Shown: positions 28,128-42,500 of the stretch, in pieces
How the letters are laid out: the number at the start of each line of letters is the position of its first letter
Position numbering within the stretch: position 1 is the stretch's first letter
NCBI RefSeq assembly: GCF_028641065.1
Contig: NC_073389.1
Coordinates: forward strand, 40,734,132-40,798,000
DNA: 63,869 nucleotides
Reading direction: 5' to 3'
From: Leucoraja erinacea
Taxonomy: Eukaryota
The notes under the pieces: model-generated
What the model was told of the DNA's origin: nothing
Seen by the model: the letters and a program-made list of their open reading frames with translations, nothing else
Databases searched by the model: none
Made by a program: the position numbers and the translations under genes

Positions 28128-28522
28128 TAGTAACATAGAAAATAGGTGCAGGAGTAGGCCATTCGGCCCTTCGAGCCTGCACCGCCATTCAATATGATCA
28201 TGGCTGATCATCCAACTCGGTATCCTGTACCTGCCTTCTCTCCATACCCCCCTGATCCCTTTAACCACAAGGGCCACATCTAACTCCCTCTAAATATAGC
28301 CAATGAACTGGCCTCAACTACCTTCTGTGGTAGAGAATTCCACAGATTCACCACTCTCTGTGTGAAAAATGATTTTCTCATCTCGGTCCTAAAAGATTTC
28401 CCCTTATCCTTAAACTGTGACACCTTGTTCTGGACTTACCCAACATCGGGAGCAATCTTCCTGCATCTAGCATGTCCAACCCCTTAAGAATGTTGTAAGT
28501 TTCTATAAGATCCCCCTTCAAT
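28128..28522 (-). mobile_element. CR1/HER1-type LINE 3' end
   Basis: [45 protein letters not shown] plus family 3' tail. Confidence 0.85.
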
Positions 28523-30194
28523 CTTCTTAATTCTAGCGAGTATGTTTTGTAAAAGTGTGTCCCAATATTACGCCAGACAATGGGGAATATCTTAAAGTTG
28601 CCTTTCAAAGCAAACAAAAACATATTCAACGCAATTCAAATACTTTACAGCTGTGGTGATCTCAAATTTAATAAAACTGCAATTAAAATTGGCAACCTAA
28701 TGCGACTAGCTTCCCATTTAAAGGCGCTCAAAAGCGTGGCATAAAAGGCATAGTGCCTAATTCAGCGCTGCTTCCTTCGGAGGTCTGATAGCATCAGCAA
28801 TTTAGCCCCAAAAAATCCTAAACACATTGGACTCGTTAAATTATGTATATTTTTAAAGGAAACAATATACATCATTTAACGAGTGGTTGCACTGATGTTA
28901 ATGTTTTAACCTGTAAGATACAATATGTGTATATTTTGGCGCAATTACTGGTTGAGTATTCTGCATTGAGTAACGATGTAACGTGTAGATTTGCCTCAGA
29001 AGGCACTGTAAACATGATTTATATTCAGTTGCTTCAACTGTGGAAACAACAAACTGTAAGAAAGGTCTCGACCCGAAACATCACCCATTCCTTCGCTCCA
29101 GAGATGCTGCCTGTCCAGCCGGGTTACATCCAGCATTTTGTGTCTACCTTCGATTTAAACCCGCATCTGCAGTTCTTTCCAACACAAACTGAGATCTTAT
29201 AATAACGGCGTCCACGAAGAAAAGTCCGGAAAATACATTTTTTACAGCAAGTATATATAGGAGCAGCCGACATATTAACTTCTCGTGAAGCGGATAGAGG
29301 AAGTATCAACGAATTAGATTTGGAATAATTGACTTACTGATAACGTGGGAACTGTCCATTGCTACGGCTCTCGGCATTTCTTTCTTTCAAAGGTGTTTTT
29401 TTATTTTATTTTTTTTCTAGCCATTTGTATGTGACTATGTTCCAGTTTTCCTTATGATGCTGACTTTTTTTCCAAATCATTCTTAGGTTACATGAATTCA
29501 AAGGATGAACAAGGGTATGATATGCTGAACAGCATAGTCTGTTTAACGGCGGATACACAACGTCTCTCCTTCGTACACTGTTCTTCATTTAGGACATCCA
29601 CATTTACAAAATATGTAGAATTGTTTTTCCCTCATGGAAAGAGAGTAACTATTTAATTAAACCGAAAACAATATCTTCCTTTATATGAGTGTGAGTGAGA
29701 AATATTATACTCGTTTGATATTATTTTTACAATTATTGCCTTAATTCCTTATTATTTTACAAATTTATGGGTAGTGCACAAAGGGTCACAATACGATCCA
29801 ATGGAAATATATTGTAATTGCCTCATGTTTGAAGAAATTAAAGTTTATTTGGTTATAAATCAGAATTAAAATGTGTAAGTGAAAAAATGGCCAAAATCAG
29901 TCACAACTTAAGTGTAATTTTGTTTTACAGTGTTCCAAGATATGTTTTCTTTGATAAAGATGTGCATATATTATATAAAATATGTGCAGTTTGACTTTCT
30001 ATAATTTAGAATAGCATTTGGTCAATTTATTTTACATATTTAAAAAACAATGCAGATTGTTTAAGTGTATATTGAAATTACGAACAACTTTTATTTAAAG
30101 CGATTGTCAGTCCCTGTTTGGAAACAACCAAGATGGTGTCGGTTTGTTACACAGTCGACGTTTGACTGATTGTTGGGGCAGCGGCAAAATCTAA

Positions 30195-30295
30195 TTGCAT
30201 GAATTGGACCATTTTTGACCAGCGGTTTGGCCAATAGCTGATGTTAATGCTGATATGAAACCAATAGCAAATCGGGCGAGCGTCATGTGACAGGA
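30195..30295 (+). promoter_or_regulatory. Putative TBX19 proximal promoter with CCAAT boxes
   Basis: CCAATAGC at 30231 and 30261 (30-bp spacing), ATTGG at 30203, TCATGTGA E-box at 30283; 100-190 bp upstream of the ATG. Confidence 0.45.
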
Positions 30296-30385
30296 GAACT
30301 AATTGATACAACGACTATTTTTTAACATTATGAGCAGTGACTGGTGTTCATGTCAATCTCGTTTCACTTTTAAGTTCGGACTGAA

Positions 30386-30570
30386 ATGAATGACCCCGAG
30401 AGAAAGAGCAGCGTGGCTCGCTTGCTCAATGCTGTTGAGTGTGACCTAGCGGCTGGCAGCGAGAAGGGTGATCCCACCGAGAAGCAACTGAAAGTTGTCC
30501 TGGAAGATGCGAATCTTTGGCAAAAGTTCAAAGCAGTCACCAACGAAATGATTGTCACCAAGAATGGAAG
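30386..30570 (+). CDS. TBX19: TBX19 coding exon 1
   Basis: [61 protein letters not shown](R)|gttagt. Confidence 0.9.
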
Positions 30571-33500
30571 GTTAGTTAAACACTTTAGGAACAAGCTAAA
30601 TAACGATGGCATGATTACATACACCTCTACATTTCTGAGATAATTAGGACTGAGGAGTGTTAATTTACTGGAATTAGGTACATTTAGTCAAGTGATGCTG
30701 GTGAGATGACTATTAATAACATTGTTTATAAAAAATTAGAACAGCCCAATTGGCGAAATTCCATCATGCCTGGCTCAAATATGTATAAAGAGGTGCATTA
30801 AGATTAAATGTGTAAGAAGGAACTGCAGATGCTGATTGAAACATGTCTTCTATAAAGTTCGTGTTCTACCTAACGTACAGTTGTCGTGTTCTTAAGGGGT
30901 TGGACAGGCTAGATGCAGGAAGATTATTCCCGATGTTGGGGAAGTCCAGAACTAGAGGTCACAGTTTAAGGATAAGAGGGAAGTATTTTAGGACCGAGAT
31001 GAGAACATCATTTTTTACACAGAGAGTGGTGAATCTGCGGAATTCTCTGCCACAGAAGGTAGTTGAGGCCAGTTCATTGGCTATATTTAAGAGGGAGTTA
31101 GATGTGGCCCTTGTGGCTCAAGGGATCAGGGGGTATGGAGAGAAGGCAGGGATGGGATACTGAGTTGGATGATCAGTCATGATCATATCGAATGGCGGTG
31201 CAGGCTCGGGGCCGAATGGCCTACTCCTGCACCTATTTTCTATGTTTCTATGTTGTAATGTTTAATTTGTATTTTCACTTCAAATGCTCTTGCCGCGATT
31301 GGGCACCCCGCTTGTTATGCATTTATCAATTAAAACAAGAAAAGTTGGAGAAATAAGGAGACTGTTCACTCATTTTATTGTTCAGTTACATCTACTGAAT
31401 TATCTTTCTCTAATGTTCCTGTTTCACTATTTTTCTACATTTCCTCATTTAAATTATTCCCTTTTTTAAAAACTTTTGATTTACTTTTGAACCCGAAAAG
31501 AAAATTAAATTGGGAACATCTACCGATGGTTAAAAGGACAACAAAAAAATCAAAATAAATTGTTCCAAAATAAATATCGGTATGCGAAGGAAGGAACTGA
31601 GGATGTTAGTTGTAACGGGTTTATATCATTGGGGTAATAACACATTGGGCGGCGAGTGGGAAGGAAAGGAGATTCAGCTATGACCCTTCCCTTGGGAGAT
31701 AGAAGAACATTATTTAAAACATTAAACTTCATAGAAAGCATTCGAAAAGACGGATAACGTCACATCTGGTAGCTAAGGGTAAGAATGGAAAAAACAACAG
31801 CAAGGCGGTTGATTAATGCTACAATTGGGGAATATGGGGGGGGGGGGGGGCTTTTAGGGAGCGAGGAGTCAAACAGAGTGATCTGAAGCAAAAGTGAGCC
31901 ACTTGAAAATCGACGCCAGTGACAATGTAATTAAGAAATGAATAAGTAGTGGGCCAAACATACGGTTTTCTGCGCGGGACTGCCTCCCATGCTGGAGGTC
32001 AGATGCGGACATATCTCCGGTGTGAGGAGGGCGAGCCGTGGAGTTGGCATTCTTCACTGAAACGATAAATGCGGGCATACTTTTTTAAAAAACTTGATTA
32101 ATAAATTCCGGTGAGTTTTTGTTAAAGGAATTTCATAATTTCTATAAATTATTTAAATCTATATGAAGCATTTTTAAATGTCCCTAGTTATCAGAAACAC
32201 TGTATTTAAATGGCAGGGAGCTGGGGGTCCCAGGACCCGCTGTTCGTTCCAGGGCCACCTCGTTCGTGGATCACTCACTCCAGCGAGACCTCCGCACTAT
32301 TGGAATCGGGGAGTTTCAAAATGTAAGCGCGGTCATTGAGGAAAAACTGAAGCGGTGGGTTGGATTGAGTATGACTTGACTTAATCACTTTCTCAACATT
32401 TACGTTAGGAAATTGGAGGAAAGTTATTGACACGAAAAATGGCTGAAATAACAAAGAATAGAGTAAAGGGCGAACACAAAATTGGAGCATAATCTGGCAA
32501 AGATCTGGGACCACAACTCGTCAATATATTTATAAATTGCTTAAAAAGGCGTAAATCTGGGTTTGTTCACGACACATTGTAAATGGCAATACTTGTATGT
32601 GACTTCAATCTTTTGTACAAATTAGAAAATCAAATTGGTTAAAATAATCTTGAAGAATTTGAAGATTGAATACATTCGGGACAGTTCAATGTGAAATTAT
32701 TCACGATAGAGATAAGGGTGTCAGGGGTTACGGGGCGAAAGGAGGATAGTGGGGAGAGAGGGAAAGAAAGATCAGCCGTGATTGAATGGCGGAGTAGAAC
32801 TTATGAACTTATGAAAAGGTAAGGGATATGGGTTTTTTTTTAATTGGTCAACAGCTGGAAGTGTTGGAGTTCCAATTAAACTCGTAAGTCTATTCGGGCA
32901 GATGACTGAAATGCCATGAAGTGACAGAGGGTAACAATTTGATATTGGAAGTGAATTTCAGTGTAAAAACACAATGTTTTAAGGATTTTTCACACACAGA
33001 GAGTGGTGAATCTCTGGAACTCTCTGCCACAGAGGGTAGTTGAGGCCAGTTCATTGGCTATATTTAAGAGGGAGTTAGATGTGGCCCTTGTGGCTAAGGG
33101 GATCAGGGGGTATGGAGAGAAGGCAGGTACGGGATACTGAGTTGGATGATCAGTGATCATATTGAATGGCGGTGCAGGCTCGAAGGGCCGAATGTACTCC
33201 TGCACCTAATTTCTATGTTTCTATATACAGTGCTACGGAACGATGAGAGAGGCTGGGCACCTGCCCTTGCCACATCTGCACAATGTACCGTTACAAAACA
33301 GATAATAGCCATCCTGTCCTTTTAGAGTGAAACTCTTGGCATCTCCAACAATGGAGGTAAGAGCCAATCATGAATTCGGACACAAAATGCTGGAGTAACT
33401 CAGCGGGACAGGCAGTATCTCTGGAGAGAAGGAATGAGAAACGTTTCGGGTCGAGGCCCTTCTTCAGTCTGAAGAAACGGCATCATCCTATTGTCTACCA

Positions 33501-36500
33501 CACTCGAGAACGTGCTCTCTCCAAAGATGCTGCCTGTCCCGCTGAGTACCTCCAGCATTTTGTGTCTATCTGTGGTGGAAATGCTTTATGATACTTGATG
33601 TTTCGGGTTGAGACGGGTCCCATTTCCCTCTACCGATGCTGCCTGAGTGACTCTCGCTGAGTTCATCCAGCGCTTTATTTATTGCTCAGTATTCTAGCAT
33701 CTGTAGCTTTTTGTGTCTCGTGGTTACTTCACTCAGAGAGATTGTAAGGTGTGTACGTTCAGCACCAGTCAAAGCAGGGGGTAGATGACAGAAACATTCA
33801 AATAACCATCCCATTTTGACGGAATAAATGGTTGAATTTGAAAACCCGAGACGAAAAGTACACAAGACAATGCATTATTAGCACAACTGGGGAAATCGTA
33901 TTATTTTAATCGACATTTTAAATCGCTTTCAAGGATTTACGCCGGGTGTAGAATTCTCAGTGGTGTCCATTGGAAAAATCACGATGGAATTAATTTATTG
34001 AACGTGGCGATCATTTAACTTTTACATAGTTATTTACAGCAAAGATCTTTGATCTCCAGGCTGCCAGGTCGCGTCCGGAAACGTAAGGGACAGAAGGGTG
34101 CGCTTCCCTGGGAGAAGGGGGGTGGGGGGGTTGAGGGAGAAAGGGGGGAGATTGGAGGGGATAGGCATTTGTTCTAATCATCTGCCTTTCAAAACAAATC
34201 CCTTACCAGTTTTAATAGAACTGGAAATTACAATAACAATAAAAATCTGAAATAAAACCAGAAAATGGTGAAAACATTCTGCAGTTCTGACTAAGGGTCT
34301 CCAACCCGAAAAAGTTAACTGGTTCTCTTCCCACAGTTGCCTGATCTGCGACATTTTCTGCTTTATTAATAAAACCCAGCATAAATATTAAGGACCTATT
34401 CCCTCTTCCCTGAATATCAGGCAGTTCACCCCCCTCGATGCTCAGCAGCAATCTCACCAGGAGAAACAGTATAAACCAATCACGCCTTCACTCTCAATGT
34501 ATTGCTCACATTTTTCAGAAGAACCATTCAGCACAAAATCATGCCTTAGTGTCCATAACATTAGAAATATATTAGTGGCACCTGTTACCTGCCACGCTTT
34601 GTCCTGCCCCTGCTTTTATCCAGCTTCCTTCTCTTCCCTACAATCTCCTCCCTACAATCAAACTGAAGAGAGGGCTCACCCCAAAAGGTTATGTATCCAT
34701 GTTCTCCAGAGATGCTGCCTGGCCCACTGAGTTACCCCAGACATTTGTGTCCTTTTGTGTATTAACCAGCATCTGCAGTTCTTTGTTTCTACATGCTTCA
34801 AACTGACCCCGGGCTAGATCATGGTTAATTGGACACACATATGTGGTTTATCTCCAACATCAACCCTATGTTGGGTGAGCGTGAGTTAGGGCTTAAAAGG
34901 CCATTCGTGGCGACGCTACAATCTGATCAAGGACAGGTGATGCAGCACACGGTGAAGATAGGATCTGACATGGAAAGGAACCTGGTTCCTTCACTGCAGA
35001 TCCCTGAAATATGAAATATAACAAAAATAAATCTGGAAACGCGTACTTGACACAGTCAATTCTTTCATGAAGAATCCTTTGAGGGCTGAAATCTTGTTGG
35101 GGAAATTTGCAACCTGCAAACTTTATGTTACAATATAGGCAGTCATAGAGTGATACATTGTGGTAACAGGCCTTTTGGCCCAACTTGCCCACACCAGCCA
35201 ACATGTCACAGCTATACTAGTCCCACCTGCCTGCGCATGGCTCATATTCCTCCAAACTTGTCCTATCCATGCACCTGTCTAACTTTTTCTTAAATGTTGG
35301 GATAGTCCCAGCCTCAGCTACCTCATCTGGCAGCTGAGTTCTATACCACCACCCTTTGTATGAAAAAGTTATCCTTTAGATTACTATTAAATCTTTTCCC
35401 CTATGCCTTGAACCTATGTCCTCTGGTCCTCGATTCCCCGACTCTGGGGCAAGAGACTCTGTGCATCTACCCGATCTATTCCTCTCATAATTTTATCCAC
35501 CTCTATGTCAGCCCTCATCCTCCTGCACTCCAAGGAATAGAAACCCAGCCTACTCAAACTCTCCCTATAGCTGACACTCTCTAGTCTTGGCAACATCCTC
35601 GTAAATCTTCTCTGAATCCTTTCAAGTTTGACAATATCTTTCCTATAACATTGTGCCCAAAACTGAACACAATACTCTAAATGCGGTCTCACCAACGTCT
35701 TTTACAACTGCAACATGACCTCCCAACTTCTATACACAATACTCTGACTGATGAAGGCCAATGTGCTAAAAGCCTTTTTGCCCACCATAGCTACCTGCAA
35801 CTCGACCTTCAAGGAATCATGCACCTGCACTCCTAGATCCCTCTGCTCTACAATACTCTCCAGAGGACTACCATGTACTGTGTAGGTCCTGCCCTTGTTG
35901 GACGTCCCAAAATGCAACACTTCACACTTCTCTGCATTAAATTCCATCAATCATTCCTCAGCCCACCTGGCCAATCGATCCAGATCCTGCTGCAATCTTT
36001 CACAACCATCTTCACTATCTGCAAAACAACCCACTTTTGTATATGTGCCAACATGATCTTCTGTTTTTTTCAGTACACTTTGAAAGAGCTGGGAACATGT
36101 TGACATTAGCGTTGAACCATACTGTGATAATAGTGTAGCTGTCAGAGCCATTGCTGAGCTGACCATCAAAGTCTGGAGCCTCTAATATATTTCTAATGTT
36201 ATGGAAACAAAGGCGTGATTTTGTGTTGAATGGCTCATCTGAAAATTATGAGCAATACATTGAGAATGAAGGCGTGGTTGGTTTATACTGTTTCTCCTGG
36301 TGAAATTGCTGCTGTGCATCGAAGGGATGTGCTGTGCATATTCAGGAAAGAGGGAATAGGTGCCTAATAGGTGCCTGATATTTCTGCCGGGTTTTATTAA
36401 TAAAGCAGAAAATGTCGCAGATCAGGCAACTGTGGGAAGAGAAAGTTAACTTTTCGGGTTGGAGACCCTTAGAACTGCTGAATGTTTTCACCATTTTCTG

Positions 36501-39500
36501 GCTTTATTTCAGATATTTATTATTATTGTAATTTCCAGTTGTATTAGTATATTTAGATTGGGACCCTGTGACAGTTGTGGCCCTTTGGTTCAATTTTACT
36601 GTTGTTGCAGAGCAAACACAGAAGGCCATTCACCGCTGCAGCCTCCGGGAACCTAAGAAAGACACAGCTGGATTCTGTGCACTTAAAGACCTCATGCAAC
36701 AATAATGCTGGTACTGCCGAGTCAGTATCTTCACTCCCATCCCCACCACCTTCATCTGACCTGCCACTTCAATGAAAGTTGTGGAAGAGATGTGGAAGAA
36801 CTATTGTAGTCTGATTACCTAGTGTTGCTGATAATTTGTTGTATTATTGGTTATTGTATACTTATTTGTTGTGTTGTTGGCTTTATGTGCTTGTAAAGCT
36901 GCAGCAAGTAAGATTTTCAATGTTCCATTACCATTGCATATTCCAATTAAACGCTCTTGACTTGACTCTTGACAGGTGAGAGTAGACCGTGGCTGGATCC
37001 AGACTTCCCAGTTTTTTAATTCTACCTTTTTCTTTGTCTCTGTGCTGTTTCCTTTAATGTGCTGTTCTCTGTTGTCTTGGCAGATGGGATCTAAAATTGT
37101 TTATCTGTCCATATTATTATTAATTTCAATATACCTGGAGTAAAACAAAAAAACTGGAAACACTGAATAAGTCAAGTAATACTGTTGAGGGAGACACTGA
37201 CCTAATGTTTCAGGTTGATGACCTTTCATCACAACTAGGAAGTTGGAAATAATATACTTAGTAAGATGGAAAAACGGAATGAAGGCCACAAAAGGTCCGT
37301 GCTAAGTTGAAGGGCAGGGGAGATTAGATGAAGGTAATTTCAGTGCTGTGCGTAAGAGGACAGTAAAATCAATTATGCATAACAAAAATAGGTGAAAATT
37401 GTTAATGGTTATGCATTCATGTTGTATTTATTATCTTTCAAGCACCATTTTTACCATGAATAAAATTGTGATTTTGTTTTATTAACTGTGTCAGCTTGTT
37501 CCATGATGCAGTAAAATTACTGCTGTTCTGAACGATCACTTCTAAATCTTTGGTTATTCCTGCTCATCGTTTAGTTTGCCTCTTACTTTGGTCTTGAATT
37601 GTTTGTTCAATGTTATTAAACTATTTCCTTCCCACTTTACTTAAATGTGTGCTTGGACTAACAGGAGAATTAACCTCCATGTGTGAATGGTAGCAAAACC
37701 TTTTTGAAAGGATTAATATACCTGTGTGTCTGAAGAAGTGTCTCGACCTGAAACGTCACCTATCCATGTTCTCCTGAGATAGTGCCTGACCTGCTGAGTT
37801 ACTCCAGCACTTTGTGTCCTTTTGTGTATTAACCAGCAACTGCAGTTCCTTGTTTCTACAACATACCTTTCCTTGGGGTTTGCTGTCATTACCATTATGC
37901 CTCTCAAAAGAAAAGATTTACTGTGTTTCCACATTGATCACAGCACCCCTTCTACCCATCCCCTTCTTTCCTTGCTTCAGGCGGATGTTTCCAGTTTTGA
38001 AAATAAGCGTATCTGGATTAGATCCAAATGGCATGTATTCATTCCTGCTCGACTTTGTTGCTGCTGACAATCATCGTTGGAAATATGTGAATGGTGAATG
38101 GATCCCAGCTGGTAAACTGGAACCCTTGACACAAAGCTGTGTTTACATCCACCCTGAATCCCCCAACTTTGGTGCACACTGGATGAAAGCACCAATATCT
38201 TTTAGCAAAGTCAAGTTAACAAACAAAGCCAACAGTACTGGACAGGTAAGGCTTTCTTTCCTCCTCTCATTTATAATCACAAGCAGGCCAATTGTGAAAT
38301 ATGAAGTGTGCATTAAAGTAATTATAGCAATCCTCTCATTATACTCTACTCCTGTCGGCCATTGTTTGAAAGGAAACCAAATATAAACAAGAATAAATGG
38401 GATTAATTGGCACATTCAGAGTTTAATGGACATCATGTTCTAGTCAGGAGAAAAAGGTTTGCTTGATGCGTCCTAGTAAGCATTAAGAGATCTCCCTATG
38501 AATGCAATTTCATGTAAAAGCATTTGTAATGAATTCAGTCATTTATGTTTTTCTTGGCAGCAAAATTCCTAAAATTGACATAAACAAAAGTAAGTGCTTT
38601 AAGCAAAATTACATAATTGGAGTTGTTTTGTAATTATGAAATTAATTGCGAACACCTAAAAAATCCCCAATAAATTACATTGAAGAATATGAATATGCGG
38701 GGCAGGGTGGGGGGGATGATGAGGATGGTAAACCTGGCGGTGTTTTTAATCTAGGATAAAGTTGAAAAGCTGCTTTTAAAATAATTGACACCCAAGATGG
38801 AATAAATTTATCCTTGATTAGTGTTCTATAACATTTAAAATATTTTAAATAATCATGTGATGCCTTCTCTCTTTTATAATCTATTTCAATGGGTTTCTTA
38901 TAAACAAGTAAATCAATGAGGACTCTTGTTAATAAATCAGCACGCTTTGTGATAGAATGGAAGGCTTTCCAGATTTCATCCATTCTGTCAGCAGAAAGTC
39001 CTGATACAAATTTGTCAAAATTAAAAGTCAAGATAAATGCATTTTTGTTTACTAAATAACTGTTTAGCTGGTGTGGGGTAACATTAGCTGTTCCTTGTTA
39101 GATGTAGTCTTTGGTTGTCCAGTCTTGGAAATGTCCTTGTAGAGATAAACCTCATAATAGTGGACCATAGGTGGTGGAATGTTGTCTGGTAGATTGGCTG
39201 CAAGAAACGAAAAACAGTCAATAAACATCCAATAAACCTACACTAAACTTTTTCTACACCACGGACGTGTACACCACATGAACATTCTTTCTTGTACCAC
39301 TTGCAGACCATTGAAGTTTAAATTATCTATTTATTTTGAGAGCTTTTTCTTATTATTTTTGTATGTTTTTCCTTTAAGAACTGTCTTGTGCCAACACACA
39401 TTTTCTTCTAATCGTTATGCTGATTCATACAACTATTCATCAGAAGAATTTATATGGCTAAGAAGAAAGTCACATCTGAACTGTATTATAAATTGCCATG

Positions 39501-42500
39501 CAATCGCCCAGCATCTCAAGACAATATTCGACAGTCAGGATCTTTGTTGAGCCTTTTAAAAGCACGGAATGTTGAGGAAATAAAGTCTTCTGTGGTTTAC
39601 AGGGGAAAAAAAATTAACATGATGATGTGGAAAGTAGAGTGAAGGGACTGTCCCACTTGGGCGACCTAATTGGTGAGTTTAGAGTTTAGGACAGTTTGAA
39701 AAGATGTCATGTTGAAGACCACCTTCGACTATGTAGAAGACCTCATTCGACCATGTTGAAGGCTAGCTAAGACTAGATACGACTAACTTCGTGAAAATTG
39801 GAAACCGAATAGTGGAGAGTGAAGATGCCCTCCTTCGATCTCCTTCAACCTCCCTTCGACCTCCCTTCAACTATGATGAAGACTATTTACGACTATCTTC
39901 GACTACCCTCGATTACCTACGACTAACATGCCGGTCTACTACCACCTACTACGACTAAACCTACGAGTAAAAAAATATCGATTTTTTCCATGGCGACTTT
40001 TTTTACTCGCGGGCATTTTTCAGCATGTTGAAAAATACGCCGCGACCTAGCTGAGGCCTCGAGCATGAAGGAGAGGGACTACTCTCGAGCATGAAGGAGA
40101 GTTACAAAGACCTCCTATGACCTCGTGTCAACCATGCTGTGAGTATGGGTCGAGGGCAAACTCGCCAGAACTCGTGGATTAGGTCGCCCAGGTGGGACAG
40201 CCCCTTGAGATGCATGTTTAACAACACTTATTACTTGTGAAGAACTTTGGGACAATTTAATGATGTAAATGATTTTACGAAAATTAATGTCTGAAATATG
40301 CTTCACTATTACAGGAAGCAGCCAGGATGTTTAGTGTTTTTGCAAACGATTATGCTTGAATTACCTAAACAAGGTCAAATATTGATGGAGATATTCCTGT
40401 CTTTAGAACCAGAGTTGCTGATTGAGAATCCAATAACAAAGACATTGACAAATGGGATAGGTTGTTTGCTGTTTCTTGGTCATTGCAGCCAAATGCAAGA
40501 GGATCAGCAATTGCACAAAATCACAAATTGCACAGTACTAAAAGGGCTGTCAGAGATGCCTTCAAGAGGCAGAGTCCTGAAGAAGGGTCCCAATCCAAAA
40601 CGTAGCCTATCCATGTTCTCCAGAGATGTTGCTTGATCTGTTGAATTACTCCAGCACTTTGTATCTTTTTTTTTGTAAACCAGCACATGTAATTTCTTGA
40701 TCCCATTTTTAGAAATATGCATTGCTGCACTTCACATTACTCCTGATAGCAAATTAATTTCTTATTTAGAGAAACAAATATGAGGGACAGCTTTTGCCTA
40801 ATAATCATGAACAGGAAATCAACATCATTGGCAATGTTAACAGTTACAGGCCATTCTTGAAGTGTCTGTACATATTTGATGGTCCATGAAGTTTGGTCCT
40901 AATTTTACAGGCTGTTTTCATCTGTTTACAGGTAATTCTAAATTCTCTGCACAAATACAAGCCCCAGGTTCATATTGTACACGTAGGGGGCCCTCACAGG
41001 ATGGTTTCCAACCACTCTTTCCCTGAAACCCAATTCATTGCAGTAACTGCATACCAGAATGAAGAGGTCAGTACACTCATTGTTACATTGTTAACTTGTA
41101 TTGTGCGTTTCAAGGTTATTGTAATGCATTTTGTATTTTAAAATGAAGGTTAAGGGTTTTCCGAATAATGTATAAATAAGAGGACTTGGGTTGTTTCCCA
41201 ATCACATATTGGTTTACTTTTTGCCTGTCACTGAAACCATAATTTAATTAAGAAGTCAGGGAAATTAGCCATGTAAAGAGCAACCAAATTAAATCTTCTT
41301 TCCAATGTTTGATAACATTTACTATAGGCTGATTGGGACATCTGCCCAACTCAACATTGACAATACTTAGCAACTGCATGGTAAAGTACAGTAGATTTAA
41401 TGGCAGTGAAGTACACCATGGCAGATATATTTAACTGTTTTATGTTGAAAAGGGCATGGAATAGATTCACCAGGATGTTACCTGGGCTTACAAGTTTGAG
41501 TTATATGGAGAAGTTGAATAGGTTGGGATTTTTTTATTTGGAGTATAGGAGGCTGAGGTGACCTCATTGAGGTGTACAGGATCAGGGAGGGGGGCATGGG
41601 CAAAGTGCTCAGTCTTTTTTCCAGGGTAGAGGATTATTAATCTCGAGGTCATAGGCTTAGAGATAGAATGGAGAGATTTAAGAGGGAACGGAGGGCCAAC
41701 CTTTTCTCTCGGAGGAATAGTGCATATCTAGAATGAGGTGCTATAGGAAGCTATAGAAATTGATACAATTCTGATTTTCTAAAGATATTTGGATAGATTA
41801 TGAATAGGACGGGCTTGGAAAACTATGGACCAAATGCAGGCATATGGGGTTACCCAAGTATGCAAACTTGGTTGGCATGGTCAAGTTGGGCTGAAAGGCT
41901 TGTTTTCGCACTGTTTAACTCTATGACTATGTTTTTCTATGCCGATTGGCAAAATCATCAAACTGGAATTTCTGGCTGTGCGTGGCACAGGATCTGATTC
42001 CGGAATCAAGTTGCAGCCAATTTAATAAAACTTAATGAGCGTCCTTCCACTTCCCCAGTGGCTCAGTACACAGAACACGAATATGGAAAGCTGAAATGTA
42101 TCTGTGTATCTGGAACAGTACACAATTGTTTGAAATATTTCCATTTTCTAAGCAAACAATAATTTTCATAGAAACATAGAAACATAGAAAATAGGTGCAG
42201 GAGGAGGCCATTTGGCCCTTCGAGCCAGCACCGCCATTCATTGTGATCATGGCTGATCGTCCCCTATCGATAACCCGTGCCTGCCTTCTCCCCATATCCC
42301 TTGACTCCACTAGCCCCTAGAGCTCTATCTAACTCTCGCTTAAATCCATCCAGTGACTTGGCCTCCACTGTCCTCTGTGTCAGGGAATTCCACAAATTCA
42401 CAACTCTCTGGGTGAAAAAGTGTTTTCTCACCTCAGTCTTAATTGACCTCCCCTTTATTCTAAGACTGTGGCCCCTGGTTCTGTACTCACCCCACATTGG

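Noticed and set aside
31845-32340. Moderately GC-rich block in TBX19 intron 1 as an extra exon or transposon
   Set aside because: No convincing ORF, splice pair or terminal repeats recognised by eye; left unannotated
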